This document shows positions 52,401 through 64,000 of a DNA stretch of 64,000 bases, piece by piece (position 1 is the first letter of the stretch; each line of letters starts with the position of its first letter). The notes beneath the pieces are model-generated. The model had not been told where the DNA came from, searched no databases, and saw nothing but the letters and a program-made list of their open reading frames with translations. This DNA is from Ruditapes philippinarum (Eukaryota). A program made the position numbers and the translations under genes. The DNA is taken from the NCBI RefSeq assembly GCF_026571515.1, contig NW_026855015.1, forward strand, positions 1 through 64,000, in the 5' to 3' direction.

Positions 52401-54988
52401 CACACGCTACGATAGAATATCTCTTTTTTATTCATTTATACCAATAAAACTTGTTAGTAGTTTTTGAAATATACTGAAGATAATTATGTAATGGTTCATG
52501 TATTTGTCAAGATAGCGAGTTGCATAAAATTTAAATAAAAATAGAATCTCTTATTTTAAGAATTAAGTAGGTTATGTACAAAGTACATAAAGTACAAATT
52601 TAAAGTAAGAAATATAGGTTACCCTCTGAATGTACAATGTTATTTAATATGTGACTTGAAAAAAATGCTCGACCAACAGTATTTTGTATAATACATAAAT
52701 GAAAAAAAAAACCTATGAGTAATGTCTTGTGAACTGTGTATGTTTTATTTTAGTAGCTGTTATGAGAATTATTTTAGACTGGAAAAAAAATCAGGTGTCT
52801 GTAGTGTTCAGTCATAAAAATATAGTTTTTGTGAGCGGGGCTTGAAAATTTGGCAAGTTTTAACCACACATTTTGGGAAAGGCATATTTAAATTAAACAT
52901 TAGTATTGTGTATTAATGTGTTGCTTTTTTCATACATACGAGAGTGTTTTTTCCCCTGTAGTCTGTTTTAAGAGGGACAACTCGACAGTTTGCAAATTCT
53001 TAACCACAATAAGTACATGAAGTAGCTTTATTAACGGATTAAAAATGTTTAACTAAATTCATAAGTTTAAGTATAGACAAATTCGATAAAACCTACACCA
53101 AATGCCAAATAGTGATCTTTATATGTTTTTCCAAACAGAAAAATACTTCCAGCTACACCATGAGCCAGTAGCTCCTCTAGTCGTCTGCTAACCCAGCGGA
53201 TAATGTTAGCTCCCCAGCTTGTCTTCAAAATCAACAACGCCATGATGAATTGAATAGCCATTGCCCAGAAAACGGTGTGCCAATTGACCTTGCAGAAAAT
53301 AAAATCATCAAGTTGAAAACTAGCTGTACCTTGCAAAAGTCATTTAGTCACGTCAAATGATTCTTTTTTGAAAATTTCATTTTGCTCTCAGTCAAATTTT
53401 AAAAAAAGCGGTACAGAAACATTTCGGATTTAAGAATCGAGAAATGCCGAACTCAAAAATAAAAGTTGACGAAATATTTATCAAAACCTGCCAAATTAAT
53501 TTAATTTAGTAAATGAAACAGGCACTGTGGAGTACCGAAATACGCCGACATTAATAAGCGAAAAGAACAAAATGCAATTTTAAATACCGATATTTGCGTT
53601 TATATCTTGTAATATGTTATTTTATTTTATTACCCATTAAAGTAACAAAATAACGGAAATAATGATTAAAACATGGTCAGTTTAAGTACTACCAAAATAC
53701 CAAGGACCGAAACATAGTGAATAAGAATACTAAACATGGTGCATACATAATGGTCAATATTAGAAGCAAAACAAAAAAAATTGAATATGGAAACAAGTCA
53801 AACTCGAAAATGAGTTTGCACTTGAGTCTATCAAAACAGAACTTACTTTACATTTATTGTTGGAATACAGGTACAATAACAGCGGGAATCCTAGTAATCC
53901 GATTAATGACCAAAGGTTTTCTGGCGTCTTCATGGCAACAGCTATTACCAAGTATATGACAAAGAAAGCAGACATCGCAATGTACAAGAGCCTGTAGTAT
54001 AAAATAGAGGGATATTACACTTTTTTCGTGCATTAACATTCGCTTCAGCATTTAAAGGTGTGGTTTGGTAATAAGTCGACAGATGTTACTGCGCTAAAAT
54101 AGGTGCATTTGTGTAATTCTTGCATATAAATAATGTCTTGTTCAGTAATTTCATTATTTTTGTTTTCTTTTTGTTTTCCGCCGCTGGTCCTTATACTTTC
54201 TAAAACGAAGCAGGCTGATCAAATCATATCAGGTAAGCTTTGTCAGAAGTCTATAGTGTTTTAGAAATAACCAATTAAATCCAGTTTCTACACATGACAA
54301 CGCATTTGAAACATTTGTTTACATCAGTAAGACGCTCCATCATTTTGTCCGAGGATACATATGTTGCACCATATGTATTACGTTTCACTGTTATCTATAA
54401 GTTTTAAACGTGCCCGGTATGTTCGTTCCCGTCGACGATATTAAATTTCTAGAAGGGTAAGACTAAACACTACTTTATACGTTATTATTTCTAAAAAGGT
54501 ATTATATGAATACAAGGAAATAGCTAACGATAAAAAGGAGCTTACCATCTTAAAATCAAGCTCCGATTACCCTTTGAATATTCAGTGCAGAGCGCTTGGA
54601 GACCGGCCGTTAGTTTTGAATGAAAACCAGTCCTCTTAAGCACATGCCAGGCAATGATGAGAATCCCGCAAATTGTACATCCAATCAATCTCCATGACCC
54701 TTCATCACCAATATGATAAGACAACGCGAATCCAAAATATACAAAATACGCAAGGAGCAACACTACCTTTCCTAGAAAAATGAATTTGTCCGAGTTCGCT
54801 TTAAGATATTTGATTTTCGCTCGTGCCGTCTTCGAAAATTGACTCTTACTTTTTAAAAAATTCAATTTAAAATCAGATCCCTTTTCACTATGTTTGTTTG
54901 TAAACTGAATTCCAGACACTGTTTTACTTTGATGATATTTAACCTCTTCACTCTTCACATTTTCATTTTTTATTTCGTTAAGTTCCAT
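46427..54988 (-). CDS. SLC28/CNT concentrative nucleoside transporter family member (divergent), about 614 aa, 11 exons
   Basis: Exons 54546-54988, 53847-53991, 53097-53288, 51876-52037, 51144-51269, 50552-50703, 48479-48647, 47935-48078, 47338-47454 and 46834-47014 splice in frame; the last exon 46427-46440 is tentative. Motifs VNWHTVFWAMAIQF, AGSIFLFG, AVGNIF, LIAASAMSAPAALA, YMFYPFAFMMG, RSEIIATYALCG, GTVASYLTACFA. Confidence 0.88.
48855..49037 (+). mobile_element. SINE family A
   Basis: CTCACCGATGTAGGTTCGAG...CAGCTAGCTTACGG...GTGCCTGAAATAATG...CTTCCTCCACCAGTAAAGCTG. Confidence 0.75.
49084..50165. mobile_element. foldback-type MITE: long TIRs plus an internal 42-bp repeat array that inverts at about 49375
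   Basis: TA|TGGAACGCCGTGACTGTCTTATG ... CATAAGACAGTCACGGCGTTCCA|TA. Unit CATGTTAACTTGTCAAAGTATCATGATGACTTGTGCAAACGA runs forward on the left and reversed on the right. Confidence 0.88.
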
Positions 54989-55349
54989 ATCTAACGTCTA
55001 TGCCATACAGTACCTAAGTTATTTCTAAATCTATACTGCGGTGACTATATGTAAAATATGCGTGTCGTTATTACAAACATAAATTATATAAATGTTAAAA
55101 TTAATATTGCAAGTCGTCGCAAACAAGAAACACTTTGCTATTAATTTGATTTGTATTGCTTTCAAGCGAGAATACTGCGCCAAAACCATTGACCCATTCT
55201 AAAAAAAAAGATGTATGCTAAATAAGAAAGGAACAGGGAGTAAAAAAACCGAATCATTACGGGGGAACGAGACGAATAAAAACTTTATTATTCACAATGG
55301 AAGAATTAAAGGAGAAAAACAGATAGTCAATATGATTTAATAATGTGTC

Positions 55350-56570
55350 AAAGATATAAGTATTCAAAAGTTTGTGATGATGTGATTGTGTACCAGATAA
55401 TGTGTACATAAGTTTGTGTTGATGTGTAACAGATAATGGGTATTCATAAGTGTGTGTTGATGTGTTACAGATAATGGGTATTCATAAGTTTGTGATGATG
55501 TGTCACATACATGTATATTAGTATTCAAAAGTTTGTGATGATGTGACACAGATATAAGTATTCAAAAGTTTGTGATGATGTGTAACAGATATAAGTATTC
55601 AAAAGTTTGTGATGATGTGTCACAGATATTAGAATTCAAAAGTTTAATGTGATTTGTCACAGATATTAGTATTCAAAAGTTTGTGATGCTGTGTCACATA
55701 TATTAGAATTCAAAAGTTTGTGACGATGTGTTACAGAAATTAGTATTCAAAAGTTTGTGATGGTGTGTAACAGATATTAGTATTCAAAAGTTTTTTTTAT
55801 GATGTGTCACAGATATATGTATTTAAAAGCCTGTGATGGTGTGTAACAGATATTAGTATTCAAAATTTGTGATTGTGTATAACAGATATTAGTATTGAAA
55901 AGTTTGTGATGATGTGTCACAGATATTAGTATTCAAAAGTTTGTGATGATGTGCCACAGATATTTGTATTCAAAAGTTTGTGTTAATGTGTCACAGATGT
56001 TAATATTCAAAAATTTGTGATAATGTGTCACATATATAAGTATTCAAAAGTTTGTGATAATGTGTCACAGATATTAGTATTCAAAAGTTTGTGTTGATGT
56101 GTTTTTGAAGAGTCACAGATATCAGTATTTTAAAGTTTATGATGATGTGTCACATATATTAATATTAAAAAATTTGTTTTGATGTGTCATATATATTAAT
56201 ATTCAACAGTTTGCGATGATGTATCACATATATTAGTATTCAAAAGTTTGTGATGACAAGTCACATATATTAGTATTCATAAGTTTGTGCTAATGTGTCA
56301 CATATATTAGTATTCAAAAGTTTGCGATGATGTATCACATATATTAGTATTCAAAAGTTTGTGATGATGTGCCTCAGTTATTTAAAAGTATATGGCGATT
56401 TGTCACAGATGTAAGATATTCAAAAGTACGTGATGCTGTATCACATATTTTTCTAATATTATGTGGAGATATGTTACATGTATAACATATACATTGTTAC
56501 TTAGTTTAGATATGCAAATTTATGTGATAAAATGTCACAGAGATTAAATATAAACAATTATGTGATGATA
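55350..56570. repeat. 37-bp minisatellite, about 30 copies
   Basis: Unit CAGATATTAGTATTCAAAAGTTTGTGATGATGTGTCA. Confidence 0.93.
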
Positions 56571-59012
56571 TTTAAAAAAAACCCCACTAGATATTCAATA
56601 TTATCAGACTGTATATCAGATCAAAAGTATCAAAAGCCTTTGACAAACAAATGCTACAAAAGTGTGTCATTGGCAATAGCAACAGATAGGTCGCTAGGCT
56701 TTTTAACTTGATATAACGAACGCTTTTTAGAATAGATGGGTAATATATACACTTGTACGTTTTGAATTATCTTTCTTTATGACGACGAAGAACATATAAT
56801 GGTTATGCGAATTGTAATATTAGTTTTATTTGTAATGTATACATGAAATCACGCGACGGCCTGGTAAAGCAATGTTGACATTAATTACTATGTTAATAGT
56901 GTTGTCATGGTAGTACTAATGAACATTTTTAATTAGAATAAAATGTACTAATTACGTAACAAAGTAGTTAACACGACGTGTTTGTATTTATTATGATATT
57001 GATTTTTGTTACAATGTATGACTTATTAAATCGTTTCGGCGTGTGCGTGCGTGCGTGCGCACCGCGTGTTGTTTTTGTTGTTGTTTTTCTTTTATTATAA
57101 CTATGATTATTAATATTTATCAATATTTTTATATTGTAAAAATTTCATTAAAACACTTGAACTATTCGAATACACTTCCAGTCTTTTTGTCAACGATTAG
57201 ACGAACGAACTTTGTCGTCGACAGACAGTATAATGTCGACTATTGTGTCATATTTTTCATCAAAAGGCTACTATCTGTTGGGTCTTATCGATCCATCGGG
57301 CAAAATGTATTTTATTTGTGTGACTGCATCCGTGATATTTATGTTACATTTCAACAAATACAAGTATGTTATACTTTTAGTCCCACGGGTACATAATAAG
57401 TTGCCGCCAGTAATTTAAGAGCTAATTATTCAACTTCATTGTTGGTTTTTCTTTTCTTATTATAAATGTAGATGCTGATCTCTTAAGTCGTGAAGATTTA
57501 ATGCATTTAATATAAAATATATACTACTTATGATGCTATTTAAATTATCATAAATAAAATTTTTGAATTCTTATGAAAAATAGAAGAATATATTACTCAT
57601 TCTTTTAATATGTTTATTACCATCTAAAATCTTAGGCATTTATTATGATATATAAAATACAAATGTAGTAAAATTCGCTATGAAAAATGGGTTATATCAA
57701 AATAAATTATGTACAATAAATAATGTGAATCGAGATTAAAAGATTATAAGGTTATTATAGTTGGTGCAATTCTAATATTTCATTCGACAAGTCAAACCTA
57801 TATAGGACGTTTAAAATAGGTTTTTGCAGCTGTTAATGAGGTGTTTTATACTATATGTTATGTAGAACAGCGGTGAGGGGCAAGTGGTTTGAAGTCAATG
57901 TTCTACAAGAGATATGTATAACAAATACTTTAGAATACAAGGGGGTTAATTATTGACAAAGCAAGCCTTTACGAAACAAACATTTCATTTAATATTGTTA
58001 TCATGGTAAATTTGTTCGTTCTAAAGACGGTATTGGTGTGAAAGAACGTGACAGATGTTTGCACAATAATTCATTTTTAGTCAAAGATGGACTTCATAAA
58101 TCCAAGTCTGCAATGTTAATTTTTATGTTTTGCTTCAGTTGCCTTCATAGATTCTTCACTTTCCAGAACGTTCATCAATAATTTACATTTATAAATCTTT
58201 AACTCTTGAAGTCGAATACAGAGATACATTCTTGTTTGTTTAAACATTAGATAATTTGATACTTTTTACATTCTTCCAACTCAAACTGTTTTTGTTGTCA
58301 TCATTTATACCTGTACAGAGTATGTTGGAACATTGCAGACGACATAAAAAAGAAATTTTTCAATCAACAATAACACAATAAGGAAATGAAACAATATTTT
58401 ATGTAATAAATGGTATTATATATTAATTATGTAAAATATAATGCTATGCGTCGTAACAGGTTATGTACCAAACTGTCTTCTTAGAGGAAACAATATATTG
58501 TTAAATCATTTTCTCCGATTGGTTCTTCACTTTTTATACCAAGAAGTGAACATAGTAAAATCAGGATCGCAGTTTAGTGTGTGGACCTACCACTAGAAGG
58601 GTTTTCTGCTTGCTCAGAATCGCAAAGCAAGTGGGTGTTTAGAATATATTTAGCACAATAAATGTGTTCACGCTCGAGGGATTATACGAATTTGCAGGTA
58701 GAGAAATACATTACTTTTATTAATTTTTTTTTCACTTGCTTGTGAAAAAATATTGGCCGCGGCCTACATGACCGAAATGAAGCTACGCCACTGGCAATCG
58801 ACTGTAAGTAAATATATCGTTTTAACACGAACGTTTTCAACTACTTCTGATACCCAAAATGTGACGGTGAAAAAAAAGATCAAATTCTGACTTAATTTGC
58901 ATTCATTAGCAATAATATAATACGAAGGCGGATAATTAGATTTTAATTCTAGATATTGCACGTAAAATAAAATTTATACAAGGAAGTGTAGTGTTCTCTT
59001 TACAACTGAAGT

Positions 59013-61822
59013 TCAGGTTTCCACGTGTCTTTTCATTTCTGCGTCAACAATGTTCCATATGACGTCACAACATTTTTTCCATGACACTTCAGTCGCAGCA
59101 TTGTATTTATCACCAAGTTTGTCTTTCAGCATATTTTGAAGGATTTCAAACACAAGCTACAAGGATACAGAGAATTTTCATGTCTATATCTTAAAATTAA
59201 TCAAGCGGATATTTAAAAGCCAAGTGTAGCTCCTGAAATAAGAGTCTAATAAAATGTATCTTTTTAAAATCAATCAGTTTTTTACCTGCATGTATAATAA
59301 TTTTATTATATAGATTATTGATCGGAATTAAATCGAAATAGAACCATTATGAAATATGAAAAGGTAAACAGTTATCCGTTTGGACCTTGCGGTAGAAACC
59401 ATTTCAAAGCAATGAATCGGCGTAATGAATGTTTTTGGTATTGAACAAACTACTTCTGTTTATACATCATTTGAGATCTTTACGTTAACTTTATTGTTTA
59501 TCTTCCATACTATTTTGATGTATGTAACATAAATGTGAAAAAAATGGTTATCTTTTTAAAATTGATGTAAAAGTATAACCTTGAAATCTTGTGACGTCAC
59601 GCTTCTATTTTTATGGTCTCGTGCAATCGTCTGTGTCTCAGTTACAAGAAACTCTTTGTTGCCAAGGTTACCAACAAGAACATTCAGACTGTCCATCATT
59701 TTTCCAACATGGAACTTTAATTCATCGCTTTGTTTTAAGTTTTCCTCAGGCTCATCTTTGAACTTTTCAAAATAACCTTTGGCATGAGGAATTTGTTTGA
59801 AGAGTCTGTAATTAAATGTAGCAAATAAGTTTATTGTAAAAGAATAAACACTTTTCGGGAATTTAAGGGTTGGATAAGGGTAGTCTGCCAAAGAACAACA
59901 AAGTGACCAGAGCTGACAGGTTTTTCGCGGGTAAAGTTATTAAGTCAACGGCCGAATATAATAAATTTTTATTTTTAAAGATAAACAAAATGATCGAAGA
60001 GAAAGGAGAAGCTGCTGTACCATCTAACAATTGTTTCACACGACACTATCACAAACCAGTCCATCATACTAACTGTGACGCAGATACTTATTTGTTAGTA
60101 TTGACACACACCCCTCCCCCCGACCCCACCCACAACCCAAAAATTCAAGACACATAAAGGTTTGGTGTACGTGACATTTAAAGTTTTCCTTAATATCCGT
60201 CCTACAAATTATTTCAATAAAATATGGTTAGCCAATTTCTGGTGACATTATTTCGATTTTTATTAGTCTTTCGCCTTTTTATAACATCATCTTAAACTAT
60301 GATTTATAGGCACATGACGTTAACCTAGAAACCTTTTATAAGATTTATGGTGATACGTAGTGTTTTTGACTGATAAATCATGAAATTAACATTATAGCCT
60401 ATGTTAACTTAGCCATATAAACTTATATGAAACCAAAAAGCCAAAAACGTTTTATTACATTTATATCAACTTTTGTATAAATTGAATTGAAGCATACTTG
60501 AAAACAGTTTTATTTATCTGATGTGATTATATTATCACGCAATGACCTTGCTAAAACAAACATTTGATCATCTTTATCTTTAGTCAAACACTTGTAAAGT
60601 CATGCGTTTTGTCAAGTACCTATACGTTTCCAGTATTCAAACATTAGTGACTCTGCAATTTATTGTACCCTTGTAAATCTTTTGTTCATTGAAACTTTGC
60701 TCTGTTTTCTACATGTATTTCTACAATTTCTTACATGTCTTTGTCCATCAGGTAATTCTTATTGATATGATCACGGCCTCCTCTCCTCCGTGGGTCAAAT
60801 CACTCCCGTTGGACACCTTGAAATATTTATTGTAAAGGAACTATTCAGCTAGCTTAGGGAACGTCAGTGGTTCTATTCAGATTACAAAATCATGCCTGAA
60901 ATAATGCACGGGAGGGCACGGGAAGGCACGGGAGGCCACCAGAGAGCTGTATATTCATTACAAAGGCTAGAAAGTCGCCACATAAACTTTATATGTTTGG
61001 CGTGACTTTTAACCCAACCAATTTTGAAAGTAAATGTGTATGTAGCTCATACATATATAAACAAATTTATGTAAAATGCATGTAACTTTATTGTATATTT
61101 GAATAGTTTCAAACATTTAGCAATGACGAACAAGAGTTCGTATGTTAAAGTATATCATATATATTGTATTACAAACAAATGATTTAAATCTTGAGAAGTT
61201 ACAATCAAACTTTTCTTTTATATTATTTGATGCATATGATCCCTACCAATTTTTCAACACATATTTAGTTACAAATTCGAACAAACCGCTGATTCAAAGT
61301 ATTTAGACGAAACATGTTGTCGACAAAAGATTTGAAAAACGCCTCGAAATATAAGCCTGGACATTTTGCCGACGACACACATTTGCCTCAATAAATCTTA
61401 AAAATGGTCTCTATATTATTTCTAATTCAAAACAAAAGTTTTATCTAAGTTTACACAATTCTTCTGGAAAATATAACTGCATTTACGAAAAACATTTATC
61501 TGGGTTAGGAAAAAACTCAAAATGATTTTCTATAACTAGATGGATATGAAGGGCACTTTAAAAAAATTACTTCTGAGCCATAAATCTTCTACTCCCACTC
61601 AAAGCGGGCAAACATTGTGTAAATTACAAATCAATCTAAAAGTTTATCACCATTAATTTGTATTTATTGTAAATACAAAAACAAATACCTTAAAAACAAC
61701 TCGAGACCATTACTCCGAGAATTGATATACACCAGGGCCCATGTGTCCTTGACCGCTTGTTCTTCTGATCTTGTCAGAACTGTTGCTGTTTCATTGGTCT
61801 CCGTGGTAGATTTTGCTGACAT
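59013..61822 (-). CDS. globin (myoglobin/cytoglobin-like), 167 aa, 3 exons
   Basis: Exons 61689-61822, 59580-59805 and 59013-59156, with introns at the canonical B12.2 and G7.0 positions. A-helix LTRSEEQAVKDTW, CD1 Phe (GYF), distal His (KFHVGK), proximal His (ARDHKNR), H-helix SWKK. Confidence 0.92.
60775..61020 (+). mobile_element. SINE family A
   Basis: CTATTCAGCTAGCTTAGGGAACGTCAGTGGTTCTA...GCCTGAAATAATGCACGG...AAAGTCGCCA...AACCCAAC. Confidence 0.7.
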
Positions 61823-63539
61823 TTTCACTAAATATGTGAATGATTATTCGGAAAATATAAGTTTGTTTCCAGAAATATTTATGCATAATGATAATTCCAG
61901 TAATCTTTACTAACTTTTTATCGTGCCTTACAAAGGAGCATAATGCCCCAGAATGTTAAAAATTTTATTTCTCAATTTTAATTTATAATCTGCTTTATTT
62001 GCTTTGTTTTGTTTTTGTTTTTGGTGTCTTGTTATAGTTTCCAAAATAGTACTCATTTGTCAAGAACCTGAAACATCTTCTGAATATGTTGCCTCTGTTG
62101 CCCCTGTCAGTTAGTTATAGTAATAGTGAATAAATGTTTTGTATAGAATTCAAAATGGATACTACTTTGCTTATATTTTGCTACTTTTATGACAAATAAG
62201 ATCAGATTAAGTGCTACTTCCTTCAAGTATGATAAGTATCAAACCTTCTAAACATTGTAATACTCATATTTGCCCTCTCTACAGAGGGATTTTTATCAAT
62301 TTCTGAGGCATTATGTGCCTTAAATTTGCATCAAGTAATATTTAACCACACTGACTTTTTGTGGTTTCTTTTTTTCTCATAATACATTTTCTCTCTTAAT
62401 GTGACGCTTCCAACACGCAAATGAATGTATAAGATGCACACAACTACTAGCAAGTAAATATTTGAGGAAATTTATACAATTTATTTTAACAAATTGAAAA
62501 TGACATGCATTTAAACAAATTGCATTTAATATGTTATTATTTATAAATATTTATTTTCAAAAGTCGGATTAGTAATTAAGTATTTATTACAATTAGACTT
62601 TTTAAAGCTATATTTTTTTCTCAAATAAATGACAAAACAAACTTACGACGTATGAAATTTCTTTTCTTTCACCTTTTTTAACTTCCAGATTTTTAACAGT
62701 TTGGATTTAAGTCTAATAAACCTTTGCTTTTCCCACGTTCCACCGTTTTCAATATCAAATAAAATAACACTTTACCAATAGGTCGAGAGCTAAGCAAAAG
62801 CACTCATAATAATAGGGTAATAACCCTATGTAATAAAATTACGATAATAAGAACAAAACGTTATCAGCAACCGTAATAACCAAAGATTTCCTATTAAGGA
62901 AATAGAATTTCAAAATGAGATTAAGGCTATTGATTTGGACAAAGATAACGCTGACGCTAGACTAGCATAAATGCCTTTGTTTACAAGACTTTTATCATTA
63001 ATCGTCAACCTTAGAGTAATTGTTAGACCCCCTGAGGCTTATGTTGGTTCCGTGTCCATTTTGCGAGCTTAATTATATTCAATGCAGGGATTAAGCGGAG
63101 TTAAATCTTATCAAATGCCCGACGTGTTTTCGAGGAACTATGACAATAATTAATAATTAAAAGGTTTGACCGCGCCCATTTAAAATACTGGCTTTTTAAA
63201 AAGAATCAAACGTTATAAATTTTCCCAAGTATTTTAAAAATTAACCTACTAAAGGTTTGTAAAATTATGAATAGGGCCGAGGGGTTTTGGGGTTTTGTAA
63301 GTCATTTTGAATTTTTTGGGGTTTTTCAATTTGAAAAAACAAAAACGGGAGTTTACCAAAGTATAAAAACCGGGCCCCAAGGTTTCCCCCCGGAAATCGG
63401 ACTGAAAAGGGGAACTCGGCCAAATTCTGGTGTGACAAAGTAAAAATCACTTTTGGGTTACAGCTTTTTAAAGGTTTTAAAGTCAAAGGATAAATAATTT
63501 TAAAGGGGAAATTCCAAAATTGGAGGGGTTTAAAAGCCC

Positions 63540-63900
63540 CTTAAAACTTTTAAACCCCCAAATTTTTGGAATTTTTTTTTCTTTTAAATTTTTTGGGAAG
63601 CTGGGGCGCAAAAAAAACTTTGAAAAAAGTTTTAAAAGCAGAAATATATGCAAAGATAGTTGAGAAATATACTTTGAAATAAATTGAAAATCGTATTTTT
63701 ATGCCTTTTTTAGCCCGGTTTTCATTTTGGGTCATTTTTTTTTACAATTTGTATAATTATTCTGGAAAAACGAAGTACGCAAATGATCTGAAATTTTGCA
63801 CAAAGATTAGTGGTTTAAACCTACATCAAATGGTACATTTATATGGAAAAAAATATTTTCAGTCCCATCATGTCAAAAAACCACTGTAGAGTCCCTTTAA
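63540..63900. mobile_element. TTAA-flanked MITE related to 15878-16232
   Basis: Shares ATGATCTGAAA, CATGTCAA and the end GAGTCCCTTTAA. Its left end falls in the noisy sequence. Confidence 0.5.
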
Positions 63901-64000
63901 CAATTGCATTGATATGAACGTATTATATTCATCAATATGTAGAATACAAATGGGCTGGTTATCTGTTCCTTTATGTATCTTTCAGCGCATTAAGTTAGTT

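Noticed and set aside
55350-56570. CRISPR-like or C/D snoRNA array (37-bp period, GTGATGA in each unit)
   Set aside because: Units are contiguous with no unique spacers, there are no cas genes, and no paired box D (CTGA) or terminal stems.
63278-63300. G4T4 telomere-like motif
   Set aside because: Only about two units, inside the suspected low-quality region; not the TTAGGG expected for this kind of animal.

Overview
AT-rich eukaryotic (animal) genomic DNA. The repeat landscape suggests a bivalve mollusc; this is an inference. Reconstructing exons by hand from GT-AG junctions and reading frame gives six intron-containing genes: (1) TRMT44 tRNA U44 2'-O-methyltransferase (minus, runs off the left edge); (2) head-to-head with it, 296 bp away, a 381-aa multipass membrane protein whose motif order matches the fungal ER protein Ice2 (ICE2/SERINC superfamily); (3,4) a divergent pair of cytosolic sulfotransferases with identical coding-exon sizes; (5) an SLC28/CNT-family transporter with an intact frame but most canonical nucleoside-binding residues replaced; (6) a 3-exon globin. 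Introns and intergenic DNA hold tRNA-derived SINEs, TA- and TTAA-flanked MITEs, Helentron/HINE-like elements with internal satellites, a foldback element, a LINE ORF1 relic and several minisatellites. The best leads are the animal Ice2-like gene and the remodelled SLC28. Smaller oddities include a templated copy of TRMT44 exon sequence in the neighbouring gene's intron, 3'UTRs built from duplicated stop-codon regions, and a 67-bp perfect palindrome with a 9-bp TSD. There is no CRISPR array, rRNA or convincing functional tRNA. All homology calls come from remembered family motifs, not database searches.
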